DNA of 40,364 nt from a virus. Its lineage: Duplodnaviria; Caudoviricetes. The DNA is taken from IMG/VR virus record IMGVR_UViG_3300025888_000017, positions 1-40,364 of that record; one strand, written 5' to 3'. The translations under genes and the position numbers were made by a program. This document shows positions 25,401 through 35,374 of the stretch, in pieces (the first letter of the stretch is position 1; the number at the start of each line of letters is the position of its first letter). The notes under the pieces were generated by a model. It did no database searches. It saw only the letters and a program-made list of their open reading frames with translations, and had not been told where the DNA came from.

Positions 25401-27387
25401 GGACACCGCCCTCAAGCAAGGAATGAGTAAGGCCGACGCAGTTACCTACGGTGCAAACGCCGCCCGAAACAATACGGTCAATTTCGCGCGCCACGGCGAA
25501 TATGGCGCAGTCCTCAATAGTGCCCTCCCATACCTTAACGCGGGCATACAAGGCTCCAGGACGCTTCTGAGGAACATAAAGAACCGACCCGTCCAAACTC
25601 TCGCTAAAGTTGCGGTAATAAGTATCCTCCCCGCCATGACGACAACGGCCTGGAATCTCAGCGATCCAAAGCGAAAAGCGGCCTATGACGACATCAGCGA
25701 CTATGAAAAACAGGGCAACTTAATCATCGTCCCAGATAATCCAGTCAAAGACCAAGCCACGGGTAGGTGGAATGTAATTAAGATACCCGTATCACAGGAA
25801 ATTGCCAACCTCAACAACATCGCTCGTAATTCCATAGAGACGGCATACGGTAACAATACCCTGAATATAGCATCAGTTCTGGGTGATTTAATCGGTACGA
25901 CCACCTCAATCAACGCACAGAATCCACGCCAGATAGCTAACCAGGTAGTACCCCAAGCCCTGAAGCCCGTTATAGAGAGTGTCCAAAACCAGAACCTCTT
26001 TACGGGTAATCAAATCGTGCCAGATAGTCAAAAGAACCTACCCGCCAATGAGCAGTATGGCCAGTACACCAGCGGTACGGCAAAAGTCCTCGGCAACCTC
26101 ACTAATACGTCACCGCGCATGATCGACAATACCATCCGAACCGCAACGGGCGGTGCTGGTCAAAATGCCGTATTTGCGAGCGATAGCGCCCTTGCTGGAC
26201 TAGGTGTGATTAAACCGTCCGAAGTCCAGGGGAAGAATATACAGAGTTCTATCACAGACAGGTTCAATAGTGCGGCGGCTAAACCCGTGTCAGATACGAT
26301 AGCGCAGTCATACGACACGATGAGACAACAACTCATTAACACGCCCGAATACAAAGCCCTCAACCAGGCGGATAGAGCAAAAGCCCTCAATAGGCTTCAA
26401 ACCGATGTCGCCGCCCTAGGATATGCAAAAAACGATGCCGCTAACCCAGGGAACGGGTATACACCGAAGAACCTCACCGCGAACCAGATCGCCCTTCAGA
26501 ATGGCAGTAAATCAGTCGCAAGCTATACCACAACAAGTGCAAATGCCGATCCCGCATCAACTTATCAAGCGCACCTAGCGTCCTACAATCAGGGCATAAA
26601 AGATGGCACAATCACTGGCCCAGACGCATTGACTAAACAAAACTCGCTAAACAAAGAAGCCGTCACAAGCCAATATCCAGCCGAAGTAAAAGACTTCTAC
26701 AACCTATCTAACGCTGATAAAAACGCCTACTTCCAAAAAGACCCGGCCAAAGCTCAACAACTATACGATCAGTCTAAACAGATGGATAGCCAACTTACGG
26801 GTACTACTACTGCAACTACCAAATACAAAACCCAGCCAGTCGAACAATGGCGCGATCCAGTATCTAAAGTATTTCCTGCAAGCGAAGTCACTAAGATGCT
26901 GTGGGTTATTCAACATGAATCTGGTGGCAATTCTCAGGCCGTAGGAGATGGTGGGGCCGCCTATGGATTATTCCAAGACCAGCACATCCCATCGGGTTCA
27001 TCAGTCGATACACAACTACAAAACGCCTTCAAACTGTACACGGCCAACAAAGCGGCGGGTGGCACGGGCTATGGAGACTGGGGCGAGGGCACTACCTACA
27101 ACGGCCAGAAGTTTGGAGCATTAGGCAACAATCCATACCCAGGCGATGCGGCAGCCCTGGCTTATCTGGCAAGCGCAAAGGGCAGTACGGCTAGCGGGAC
27201 AGCGGGCAGTACAACTAAAAAATCTACAGGCACATCAACGGTTAAAAAAGCATCAACCGCCAAGGTCGCAAAGATTGACTACGCCTCACGGATTAAGGCC
27301 ACCAATGCCTCGAACCTTAAATACGATACGGCACTAAGAAACTTACTGAAGGGCAAGAAAATAACCAGAAAGGTAGCTAAAGCATGA
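22435..27387 (+). CDS. Giant polyvalent ejection protein (ART-like, LPD38-like and lysozyme/SLT-like domains)
   Basis: 1650 aa; VYR...STT...ESEV ART-like motif; YEKQGNLII...IKIPV LPD38-like region; HESGGN..A.GD.G..YGLFQ transglycosylase motif. Confidence 0.8.
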   Translation: MFDLAKFLGDTFGWNKPPVKSTPQPASTAQKLNFNTTQPSTTARVQSQLATTAPASPVSGINLQTWNKMTPQVQQNLIKSDASVKSAQANVWNPGAIANDLGNTARATGDWTNTNIVQPVVTDAQKAYHTVMVPVVGIQGMINSNAFGGAYSKQLGNLTEQQVNNELNQSLVPQDVASGKASPAQFGADFTKTGVHYAPYFVGGVGGKTLDTLGNVVADKVAGNVTSKLVGGAAKIGASSAVSVPTFAGLNALDQGLNAISNGGQTGFDPGQATVAGLQAGAMTAAGGIAGAGLKVGAGATTKLVTGIKDAQTSPTAQAGFAKVPGGKAPVDPAPQVTPLSKAVDNYKQEPLGSTNTKSIDNLVKESSTPQGRATTKSHVDTIPKNADGTVTVYRVGDVRDGNMSTTLDPGMAQVLAKERASQGLSSGVTKMDVSPDSIKAVVPGIESEVIINQSTPQVSKTPSLKNGVTKSQIPAPEAPKFAKILAKDTATQGLPIVGSNLGAPKAIPKESIPPRTPEVPGQLSPVSSKLVRTAQPSAQGSSSTPNISTNDYIKQQFKAQEAARKAGDNGLISKLHNDANVKFLDSFSPIEKTMNAAIKNGADIPLSKNITPQIDRALRADSIAGQYIKDNGLAKVIQNVPDTKALDQYLIAKHAVDLEKNGVKTGRNLSADAKLVESLKGTYEPHAQAVMKYNQGLLDKAASYGLISKDTATMLKAKYPNYVPANRIFGDGELTTFKGNGSGKASISTQSVVKKIKGSARQIESPLSSIVNKTNDVISQGERNKAASILADYRKLPNNPFNLRELGPSEIVGTKSTISYLDNGKVRRFETTPEIAAAAKSLNKEQIGIIGKIVRIPTRILRLGATGVNSGFALANVTKDVVSAFINTEHPFRTSALNPSALKQAGSAALYHGGKSYAELVRQGAGGTSFDIARNAPVANIKNIRANKNVGTKALYTVTHPAELIRAVENTIGRSEEFTRALQYFGNKDTALKQGMSKADAVTYGANAARNNTVNFARHGEYGAVLNSALPYLNAGIQGSRTLLRNIKNRPVQTLAKVAVISILPAMTTTAWNLSDPKRKAAYDDISDYEKQGNLIIVPDNPVKDQATGRWNVIKIPVSQEIANLNNIARNSIETAYGNNTLNIASVLGDLIGTTTSINAQNPRQIANQVVPQALKPVIESVQNQNLFTGNQIVPDSQKNLPANEQYGQYTSGTAKVLGNLTNTSPRMIDNTIRTATGGAGQNAVFASDSALAGLGVIKPSEVQGKNIQSSITDRFNSAAAKPVSDTIAQSYDTMRQQLINTPEYKALNQADRAKALNRLQTDVAALGYAKNDAANPGNGYTPKNLTANQIALQNGSKSVASYTTTSANADPASTYQAHLASYNQGIKDGTITGPDALTKQNSLNKEAVTSQYPAEVKDFYNLSNADKNAYFQKDPAKAQQLYDQSKQMDSQLTGTTTATTKYKTQPVEQWRDPVSKVFPASEVTKMLWVIQHESGGNSQAVGDGGAAYGLFQDQHIPSGSSVDTQLQNAFKLYTANKAAGGTGYGDWGEGTTYNGQKFGALGNNPYPGDAAALAYLASAKGSTASGTAGSTTKKSTGTSTVKKASTAKVAKIDYASRIKATNASNLKYDTALRNLLKGKKITRKVAKA

Positions 27388-28226
27388 AAGTTTCAGAATG
27401 TATGACACAGACCAATTTTGCATATCGGGGGTCGGATGACGATGTTCCCGTTGCGGGGACACCCGATCACTCGCTTTGGATGGGCACGATCAATCGCAAG
27501 ATACAAGAGTTCGCGGGCGACACCAAACACACGTGGTCGTCACTATTCAACCTAGACTCACCGAATGAGTTAGGCACAGTAGCGACTACGGGAACTACGA
27601 CCCTAACGGGTACGAGTACATATTTCACCGACTACCAGCCCGGCGATAAACTGACAGTAGACGGCGAGACTGAACGAATCATTGACACAGTTACGAGTGA
27701 CACGGTTTTAACGGTTACGGTAGCATTTACCAACACCGTGACGGCTAACACTTTCACCCACACAACGATAATCAAGACAGGCGTACAATCATACAACTTA
27801 CACCGTAACTTCATAAATCCATCAGATTTTGTAACCGTTTCGGCGACGCAAGACCACAACTACCAAGTAGATAAACCTCAAGAACGTGATCAGAATGATG
27901 TTTACATTACGGGAATAGATCCTAAAGCGATTACATTCTATGCGGATATTCCCGCAAGTGTTGTTGGTGGTGAATTACAGGTACCTGGCTATTACAAACC
28001 ACTCGACCTTACGGACGACACAGACGTTATACCATGTGATGACCCTTACTGGGTCGTTTATGCTGTTGCGTCGGAGTTGAGTTTTAATGATTTGACATAC
28101 GAAGCCAAAACCCCAGCCCTCAATGCCAAGGCGAACAATCTATATCACCAGATGGTGACGAACAACCGGCGCGGAACCCCCAGGGTCTTGAAAACAAATG
28201 TCAATAGGATACCAGGAGTAAGATAA
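27384..28226 (+). CDS. Putative head-tail adaptor (tail tubular A/gp4-like) with Ig-like insertion
   Basis: Helical N- and C-termini around a Thr-rich beta insert; precedes the nozzle-like gene. Confidence 0.6.
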   Translation: MKVSECMTQTNFAYRGSDDDVPVAGTPDHSLWMGTINRKIQEFAGDTKHTWSSLFNLDSPNELGTVATTGTTTLTGTSTYFTDYQPGDKLTVDGETERIIDTVTSDTVLTVTVAFTNTVTANTFTHTTIIKTGVQSYNLHRNFINPSDFVTVSATQDHNYQVDKPQERDQNDVYITGIDPKAITFYADIPASVVGGELQVPGYYKPLDLTDDTDVIPCDDPYWVVYAVASELSFNDLTYEAKTPALNAKANNLYHQMVTNNRRGTPRVLKTNVNRIPGVR

Positions 28227-30226
28227 TGCCATTCGATTACCCTTCAGTACCACAGAAGTCAAACCGCAAGGTTATCGACATATCACAAAACACTTTCGCC
28301 AAAGGGTATATTTCCACGTTCGATAACTCAAGACGACCACGCGACTCACTGTCAGATATGACAAATGTGTCGCTCGAACAGGACGGCGTAGCGCGCCCTA
28401 GGCCACCGCTAGTCCTTTATGGTACACAACCCGCCTATACGGTCGTAGGACGCGGTAACTACCGCTATAACGGCTCCAGGGGGCTACTATTCATGTTCGT
28501 TGTGGCTGGGGTCGGCACAATCTACAGTCAGGTTGATGGCGGGGTATTTACGCTAATCGGTGGGGCGAATGCCTACGATGACGAAGCATGGGCTGGTTTC
28601 AGACAATCTAAGAACCGAGTCTATGTGTTTAACGGGGTGAACAACACCACCTACATTGACCTTACTACGATGGCGACGGTGGAATATACCGCCCTGGCTA
28701 CGCCTGCCGCACCAACTCTCGTAGCCGCCGCTGGTCTTACGTCAGGTACAAAACCCTATAACTATTACTACAGGGTTACGGCCAACAACGCAGTAGGCGA
28801 GAGTACGCAGTCAGCGGCTTCAACGACTATAAACGTCAATGCGATAAGGGATAACTGGACGGCCACGAATAGTGTGGCGGTTTCATGGTCTACGGTGGCG
28901 GGGGCGACCTCTTACACGATCTACGGCGGTGACGACCCGAACCTACTGTATGAGATCATAACCCTATCGGGCCTGACGACCCTCACATTTACAGATGATG
29001 GTTCGCTCACGCTTAATCCGTTCAAGACCTCCCCTGCCTCAAACTCAACTCAGGGCGCGGTATTTACCTGGATGTACGTCGATGCCCGTAACGCCCAGAT
29101 ATACGGCATTACCTCAGATAATAAACTGTACTACGCCGCTCCTGGAACGGGTGACTTTAGTTCACTTAACGGAGGTGGTTACACGACGATTGACGAGGGT
29201 GGCGACACGCAACTTAATTTCGTGGACGGGTTCAGGACGGGTAAGGGTGATCCTGTCATCACGACATCATCACGGGGAGCGGCTGGTAAGGGAAAGCTAA
29301 ACCACGTTACCTTTGACTCAGTTACTTACGGCGATCAGGTCATATTCTATCCTAACGTGATGGAAGCTAACGGGCAGGCTAGCACTTACGCACCACGGGC
29401 AACCGTTAAGGCGGGGGATTCATTCTATTACCCCACTGGCGATGCCTTCAAGTCCACCGGAACTTCACAGAATATAATGAACATTCTAACGACTACCTCA
29501 ATTTCACAGGTTATCGTACCCGACGTAGATAGATTAAGTCTCGGCAGTTTGGATAAAGCCGTTGGTGTCGAATACCAGAGTAAAATATACTTCTCGCTAC
29601 CCGTCGGTTCAACCGAGAATAACGAGATATGGATTTTAGACCTATCGAGGAAGGGCGCCTGGACGCTTCGCTGGACGGTTGCCGCTAAAGACATCTGGCT
29701 GTACGAGGATAGTCAAGGAATAAGCCACCTATGCGTACTTGTCAATAACGAAATACTAGAGTTCACAAGGGCTGGCTCACAAACCACCACAGACAACGGG
29801 GTTCCGTTTAAGACTCGTTGCGCCTTTTCGTCTCTAGTCTGGGATAAAGACGGACTATCACTAGGAAACTTACGACATCAATACTTCAAACTCCTACAGC
29901 CCAGGGGAAGTATAGTCACCAACGCCTACGGTCTTACGAAACGTGGCGCGACCCGTTCAACGGGCACAGACCACTATTCGGTGGACGTTTCATTCACTGG
30001 GATCGGACAATGGGACTACTCGGGCGACTACCTGTATGGCGGTAGCGTCGGTGCGGTTGATACCTACGCTAAGAGTATCGCCGTGTTAGACACTAAACCG
30101 AAGGGGCTGATGAACCAGGCCGACTGGGAGGTTATCACCGAAGAAGCGGGGTGTGACTACCTACTGAGTTCAGTATCAACTAGGGGTATGTCGAATGAAG
30201 ACCTCATATATAGGGGCCTGGGGTAG
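28226..30226 (+). CDS. Putative tail nozzle/stabilisation protein (P22 gp10/T7 gp12-like) with FN3-like insertion
   Basis: 666 aa beta-propeller-like; YYYRVTANNAVGES...VSWSTVAGATSYTIY FN3-like insert. Confidence 0.7.
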   Translation: MPFDYPSVPQKSNRKVIDISQNTFAKGYISTFDNSRRPRDSLSDMTNVSLEQDGVARPRPPLVLYGTQPAYTVVGRGNYRYNGSRGLLFMFVVAGVGTIYSQVDGGVFTLIGGANAYDDEAWAGFRQSKNRVYVFNGVNNTTYIDLTTMATVEYTALATPAAPTLVAAAGLTSGTKPYNYYYRVTANNAVGESTQSAASTTINVNAIRDNWTATNSVAVSWSTVAGATSYTIYGGDDPNLLYEIITLSGLTTLTFTDDGSLTLNPFKTSPASNSTQGAVFTWMYVDARNAQIYGITSDNKLYYAAPGTGDFSSLNGGGYTTIDEGGDTQLNFVDGFRTGKGDPVITTSSRGAAGKGKLNHVTFDSVTYGDQVIFYPNVMEANGQASTYAPRATVKAGDSFYYPTGDAFKSTGTSQNIMNILTTTSISQVIVPDVDRLSLGSLDKAVGVEYQSKIYFSLPVGSTENNEIWILDLSRKGAWTLRWTVAAKDIWLYEDSQGISHLCVLVNNEILEFTRAGSQTTTDNGVPFKTRCAFSSLVWDKDGLSLGNLRHQYFKLLQPRGSIVTNAYGLTKRGATRSTGTDHYSVDVSFTGIGQWDYSGDYLYGGSVGAVDTYAKSIAVLDTKPKGLMNQADWEVITEEAGCDYLLSSVSTRGMSNEDLIYRGLG

Positions 30227-30284
30227 ATTATGACATTGACCCAAAGCATAAATAATTCAATAACGAAAGGTAGGGGAAAATAAA

Positions 30285-31076
30285 ATGGTCGCACTCTCAA
30301 CAAATTATTTCACTAAAGTAGGAATCGGTACGGCAACCACGCTGGCCGCTCCCGGCCATACGATAGGTGGAACGACACTAAACGTAGTCAGTACATCTAA
30401 CTGGCCAACCGACACAGGCGTAATCTTTGCGATGGACGCTACGACAATCGTAAGCGGAGTAGAAACTCGCACGGCCGGAACATATACGGAGTTTGAGGGT
30501 GTCGTTACTGGCGCTACCACCATCGGTTCGCTCGTACTTCGATACGGCTCAGATCAAAACTATACCGCCGGTTCAGCAACCCGTGTTTACATACCAGTCA
30601 CCAACTCAGAGGTCAACAGACACGTTGACGGTATCCTGGTCTCTCACAATCAAGACGGTACGATAAAAACTGGACTTGATCTCGGCACTCCATCGGCACT
30701 TGTTTTAACTAATGCTACGGGGCTACCTTTTGCTGGTCTTCTCTCGACTATCTTTAGCGGACAAGTTTTATCTCAGGCTAACGCTGGGACTGCTGGTGGC
30801 ACTATGCATTACATAAATCTTGGTGGAATTAAATTATTGTGGGTTATTACGGCAGTTCATGCGTCTGCTGCTGCTGGTGCTGTATATACTATAACTCTTC
30901 CAACTTCTTTCTTCTCAACCATTCAACAAGTATCATCTGTGGCTATAAACATGGTAGACGATGCTAGACAATACGTTTCTATTACTGCGGCGACCGCAAC
31001 AACCGTAACTGTTGACCTAGTGTCGCCATCTGGTAATTACACAACGAGTGCATCAGTACTGGTAATAGGAACATAA
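30285..31076 (+). CDS. Tail fibre/baseplate-like protein with gp53-like C-terminal domain
   Basis: YINLGGIKLLW...YTITLPTSFFSTIQ; Thr-rich. Confidence 0.65.
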   Translation: MVALSTNYFTKVGIGTATTLAAPGHTIGGTTLNVVSTSNWPTDTGVIFAMDATTIVSGVETRTAGTYTEFEGVVTGATTIGSLVLRYGSDQNYTAGSATRVYIPVTNSEVNRHVDGILVSHNQDGTIKTGLDLGTPSALVLTNATGLPFAGLLSTIFSGQVLSQANAGTAGGTMHYINLGGIKLLWVITAVHASAAAGAVYTITLPTSFFSTIQQVSSVAINMVDDARQYVSITAATATTVTVDLVSPSGNYTTSASVLVIGT

Positions 31077-31079
31077 GTA

Positions 31080-31631
31080 ATGACCGAAAATACCACATGG
31101 ACCGTAGAAACCCTGAAAGAGTCAATAGACCAAAGGTTTGCCGATAACCAAAAAGCCGTTGAAACAGCCCTCGTCGGTCAGGAAAAGGCGGTAAACGCCG
31201 CGCTATTGGCGGCTAAAGAGGCCGTTATCAAGGCAGAAATATTGACTGATAAAAGATTCGATGCGGTCACTGAGACCGTGACACAGGTAGCCGACCAGAC
31301 TTCAGACCTGTTACCTCGTGCCGAATATGTTGCCAATCATAAGGCGCTAGACGATAAAATAGTCGTTGCTACCGATGCTATCAATAGAAGTAGCGGCGAT
31401 AAGAACCTATACGCCACCAACGCCTTTGTCACGCAAACCGTTAATCAGGCTATCGGTAGTTTGGAAACTAAGATGGAGGCTATTCTTACCCCATTAGTTA
31501 GTTATGTATCGGCACAAAAAGGTGCTACCCAAAACTCGCAGTTGACTATGGGTAAGATACTTGGAACGATTACTGCAACAGGAGTAGTTATCGGTATCCT
31601 TATATTTTTATTGAACTATGTAATTAAATAA
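31080..31631 (+). CDS. Coiled-coil protein with C-terminal transmembrane helix
   Basis: C-terminal GVVIGILIFLLNYVI; precedes the endolysin. Confidence 0.7.
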   Translation: MTENTTWTVETLKESIDQRFADNQKAVETALVGQEKAVNAALLAAKEAVIKAEILTDKRFDAVTETVTQVADQTSDLLPRAEYVANHKALDDKIVVATDAINRSSGDKNLYATNAFVTQTVNQAIGSLETKMEAILTPLVSYVSAQKGATQNSQLTMGKILGTITATGVVIGILIFLLNYVIK

Positions 31632-31641
31632 AGGAGGAAAT

Positions 31642-32472
31642 ATGTGGACTCAACTCGTAGGCGCAAGCTGGAACATACCATACGTCGGAGGCTGGTGTCT
31701 CAAGTATGTACAGGACGCCTTTGAAACAGATCATCCCTACCCGAGTGCTATGGACGCCTGGAATGCGGGTAATGGAAACCACGCTGGCGAGCTTCCGCCC
31801 GCAGGAGTAGCCGTTCCCGTCTACTTCAAGCTTGGTAGTGTCCCCGAGGGGCATGTCGCCATCTCCCTTAGCAACGGAACCGTTGCGAGTTCATCACTCC
31901 CAGGAAGCAACGCAGAGGGGTTTATCTACCCCAATCTTCAGGCGCTCATAGATGATTACGGAAAATATAACGGTGGTTGTACTTATCTCGGATGGAGCGA
32001 AGATGTCGGTACTGAGCGAGTGGTTGCGCCCATCGAACCCGTAGTGGTGAACGCTACTCGCGCACAGGTGATTGCTGACTATATCGAGCTAATCGGACGA
32101 GACCCAACTGGCGTCGATGAAGGCGGAATTGCCCACTATATGCAATTCCCGAACGATGTTGTGCGGAATAGCCTATACAGATCTGATGAGCGCAAGGTTG
32201 TGATGGATCAACAGGCCATCGCCGTTGCTAAGGCTATCGCGGATAAACAAGCCGCCGACGCCGAAACCGCCCGACTAGCCGACCTTGCCACCCAGAAGGC
32301 TGCACAGGACGCCCTAGACGCTCAGAAGCTCATAGACGCACAAACCGCCGATGCTAAGGCTCGCGCTGACACAACGGCTCAGGCGACGTCAGATCATTCA
32401 TTCATTTTGTGGCTTCAAAGCCTAATAAAGCAATTTAACGAGTTCATTACGAACTTCAGAAAAGGAAAATAA
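31642..32472 (+). CDS. Endolysin, CHAP/NlpC-like cysteine amidase with helical C-terminal domain
   Basis: GWCLKYVQDAF (catalytic Cys), GHVAI (His), YLGWSE; Ala-rich tail. Confidence 0.8.
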   Translation: MWTQLVGASWNIPYVGGWCLKYVQDAFETDHPYPSAMDAWNAGNGNHAGELPPAGVAVPVYFKLGSVPEGHVAISLSNGTVASSSLPGSNAEGFIYPNLQALIDDYGKYNGGCTYLGWSEDVGTERVVAPIEPVVVNATRAQVIADYIELIGRDPTGVDEGGIAHYMQFPNDVVRNSLYRSDERKVVMDQQAIAVAKAIADKQAADAETARLADLATQKAAQDALDAQKLIDAQTADAKARADTTAQATSDHSFILWLQSLIKQFNEFITNFRKGK

Positions 32473-32612
32473 TGCTTGAAACAATACTAATCATCCTGGT
32501 CATACTCTGGCTACTCGGGCTTATCTCGGGTATCGGTGGGGGACTAATTAACCTGCTACTCATAGTCGTTGCGGTTGTCGTAGTCCTCTATGTAATAAGA
32601 GAGAGGAAATAA
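32472..32612 (+). CDS. lmo0937/DUF5670-like small membrane protein
   Basis: MLETILIILVILWLLGLISGIGGGLINLLLIV pattern. Confidence 0.75.
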   Translation: MLETILIILVILWLLGLISGIGGGLINLLLIVVAVVVVLYVIRERK

Positions 32613-32613
32613 C

Positions 32614-32814
32614 ATGCTTTCGCGAATAATACTGGCGGTTGTCGTAGCGGTGGTGGTAACACTAGCCTGCTTCCTAGTAGGCGCAATCTTAACAACCCTA
32701 AAAGTCGATATAGCCGTTGTCATCGGGGCGTGGCTTCAGGTCTGGGGTAGTGTACTGGGAATACTTAGCGCATTGTGGTGGTATTTCGGTGGTTCAGGAA
32801 TATTCAAAAGATGA
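32614..32814 (+). CDS. Two-TM membrane protein
   Basis: Two hydrophobic helices; GAGG RBS. Confidence 0.7.
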   Translation: MLSRIILAVVVAVVVTLACFLVGAILTTLKVDIAVVIGAWLQVWGSVLGILSALWWYFGGSGIFKR

Positions 32815-32891
32815 TGGGCGCAATCTACCTACTAATCTTTCTCGTCATCGTTGTCGGAATACTAAACTTTTACTTCTATAAAAGGAGATAA
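32811..32891 (+). CDS. Single-TM peptide (26 aa)
   Basis: MMGAIYLLIFLVIVVGILNFYFYKRR; ATGA overlap. Confidence 0.5.
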   Translation: MMGAIYLLIFLVIVVGILNFYFYKRR

Positions 32892-32892
32892 T

Positions 32893-33078
32893 ATGCAAAG
32901 CAGATGGAAATCACCCGTTCTTTATACCAGCTTAATCGCCGCTCTAGCTTTAATACTGAAAGCCTTTGGTGTCATCGTGATTGATGATGCAACCCTCAGC
33001 GCCGTTACTAGCATTGTTCTAGGGCTATTAGTCGCCCTAGGGGTGGTTAACAATCCCACCTCAGCAACTTCACTATAA
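32893..33078 (+). CDS. Holin (phiLC3-like, 2 TM)
   Basis: RWKSPV....I......LGVVNNPT signature; AAGGAG RBS. Confidence 0.8.
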   Translation: MQSRWKSPVLYTSLIAALALILKAFGVIVIDDATLSAVTSIVLGLLVALGVVNNPTSATSL

Positions 33079-33106
33079 ACTTTTAATAAATATAAGGGGA
33101 AAAGTT

Positions 33107-33424
33107 GTGATTACCGAGTGTCCGAACGCCCACGAAGGTTGCTCATACTTTAATCGGTCAACCCCGGGACGGCTGACGGACACCCAGGAGCATGGATGTT
33201 TTGCTTCGACCGATCATCGAACCCCAAAGTTTATGGGAAAGGGAGCGACCGCCCTTGTCCGTAACTACATCAGGTCAACAGATAACCAACAACAACTGTG
33301 CCGAGACGAGCACGACCAAAAGACTGTCGAGGAGTGGGGAAACCATCCCAAACTCCCAGACGACCGCTATATGATCGACGCCCTTATCGCACTAAGAAAG
33401 GCGAGGAAACTCGGTGGAAAATAG
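33107..33424 (+). CDS. HNH-like endonuclease / Zn-binding protein
   Basis: C..C...TDHRTP...QQLCRDEHDQKT. Confidence 0.55.
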   Translation: MITECPNAHEGCSYFNRSTPGRLTDTQEHGCFASTDHRTPKFMGKGATALVRNYIRSTDNQQQLCRDEHDQKTVEEWGNHPKLPDDRYMIDALIALRKARKLGGK

Positions 33425-33599
33425 GCTCGAAACACAAAGGGATTACGAGGGAATTGAGCGAGCGATTAAGAGAATGGGGCTACAGGAGCTTCTCAGATAT
33501 AAATACCAACTATTCCTTGAGATAGAGGACAGGCAAATCATCATCCATGCGGCGGAAGATGAACTTGAAACCCGAGCGATGTGGGGAGAAATGTCATGA
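33414..33599 (+). CDS. Hypothetical helical protein
   Basis: GAGG RBS, coupled ORF. Confidence 0.6.
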   Translation: MENRLETQRDYEGIERAIKRMGLQELLRYKYQLFLEIEDRQIIIHAAEDELETRAMWGEMS

Positions 33600-34006
33600 A
33601 AGAGAAACGCCCTAAAGAAAAAGGCCCGAGCATCTCCTTTGATGTGAGTGGTAAAACGTGGACGCTCCGACCAGACAATGCGGAGCTGTTTTTATACTCA
33701 GAAATGCCCTTTATGGACAATTTCAGGGTGACAGACGGCAAGTCTACCATGAGGGCTTTCCGCGAATCATTCACCAACTTCGACGATATGTCCGAGTATA
33801 TGCAGGAATCTGGCTATACGGTGAACCCGCAGTTTTACCCAACGGACGCCATATATCAAGCCTATGTGAGAATAAACGGCCCACTCGAGGCTGAACCCCT
33901 GAGCGACCTTACGCCGAGAAAAGAGAGACAGATCAAGTTCGCCCGATATTTACTAGATCAAGAGATAGTAACGGCGGATAGCTTCGCCAGAGAGGTCGCA
34001 GAATAA
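33596..34006 (+). CDS. Hypothetical protein
   Basis: ATG 33596 after GGAG; stop overlaps the next start. Confidence 0.65.
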   Translation: MKEKRPKEKGPSISFDVSGKTWTLRPDNAELFLYSEMPFMDNFRVTDGKSTMRAFRESFTNFDDMSEYMQESGYTVNPQFYPTDAIYQAYVRINGPLEAEPLSDLTPRKERQIKFARYLLDQEIVTADSFAREVAE

Positions 34007-35058
34007 TGGAGAAGCCAGACGGACAACTATCAAAGACCTGGGAAGTTGCCATGCGAGGCAAGGACGGCGAATGGGACACCACCACTCTTCACTCCTATGA
34101 CCACGCTACAGACCCCCTGGAGGGCTTCCAGCCCGTTGAGGCGGCTAGGATTACTCCAACGCGCCGTAGACGCCAGAAAGTCCTCGCTAAACGTGTTCTC
34201 ATTTATGGTGATGGGCAGGTTGACTACCGCCGTATCATCGACCCCGTAACTGACGTACAAGAACTAGTACCCCTCCACGACGTAGCCATGCACCGCGTCA
34301 TCCAACAGCTAAACGCTAAATACCAGCCCGAGACTACCGTTAACCTAGGCGACTTCGCGGATATGTCGGCCTTCAGTCGTTTCCCTGCCGATAGTGACCA
34401 CTTCCATAAAACCCTCGGTCCCTCGATGAGATATATCCACGACTTTTACGCTCAGATGGTAGCTGATAACCCCAAAGGACACCATGTAGAGGTAGACAGT
34501 AACCACGCCATCCGTCCCAAAAGGCGCGTGCTTGAGGCCCTACCGACCATGCACGACTTTGTGCGCCCCGGCGAAGACTACCCGATGATGACGTACTTTT
34601 ATCTAGCCAACCTTGGTAAGTTAGGGATTGATTTTTATAGCGGGTACGGCGCGGCCGAGTTCGTCTACGGCGAAGAGAACCCGATAGTCTTTAAGCACGG
34701 CAATCACTCCTCCTCTACCCCCGGTGCTACTGTTAGAAAAGAGGCGGCCGAGAACCCCACCGTTAATGTTATCAGGGCACACGGCCACCACGATGAAGAG
34801 GTGCGCCGTACAACCCGAGAGGGTCGCCAACTTATCTATAAGATGATCGGTAGCAGTTGCTTGAACCGTGGTCCCGTTCCTGGTTTTGACTCAGCGGTAG
34901 ACGACCATAACCGCCCCGTAAAGAAATACACTAACCACCAGAACACAATCGCTATGCTAGAGGACTTCCAAAATGGTCGCTATAACCTCCACACGATAGA
35001 CGTTCAGGGGGGAGTTGGTTATTTTAACGGTGATGAGTTTGACGGTAACCAGATATGA
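34006..35058 (+). CDS. Calcineurin-like metallophosphoesterase
   Basis: GDGQ, NLGDFAD, SNH, KHG, HGHH metal-binding motifs. Confidence 0.8.
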   Translation: MEKPDGQLSKTWEVAMRGKDGEWDTTTLHSYDHATDPLEGFQPVEAARITPTRRRRQKVLAKRVLIYGDGQVDYRRIIDPVTDVQELVPLHDVAMHRVIQQLNAKYQPETTVNLGDFADMSAFSRFPADSDHFHKTLGPSMRYIHDFYAQMVADNPKGHHVEVDSNHAIRPKRRVLEALPTMHDFVRPGEDYPMMTYFYLANLGKLGIDFYSGYGAAEFVYGEENPIVFKHGNHSSSTPGATVRKEAAENPTVNVIRAHGHHDEEVRRTTREGRQLIYKMIGSSCLNRGPVPGFDSAVDDHNRPVKKYTNHQNTIAMLEDFQNGRYNLHTIDVQGGVGYFNGDEFDGNQI

Positions 35059-35374
35059 AATACTGGGTTTGGAGCCTATACTACCGAGCGACACTATATA
35101 TAGTTTGTCGTTTTCATAAGGATGAACCAGACGACACAGACTACTGGGACAGACCTAGCAGATCGTCCTAGCTTCTATCTCTTGGCGGATCTGTTTATGC
35201 GATTTGTCAAACTCGTAGTAGAGTTTAATTTTTGCTAATGATTCGATACTGATTACCCTATTCTATCACGAATTAGTCGGCTATTTCCGTATCGCCCATA
35301 TAAATACCACCACTTCAAAATATGTGATCAGTACAGTGATCAAACCGAGGATTGCATATATTACGATTTGTTTA

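Noticed and set aside
518-34830. Numerous minus-strand and nested ORFs in the track
   Set aside because: Shadows of well-supported plus-strand genes, with no RBS or recognisable motifs
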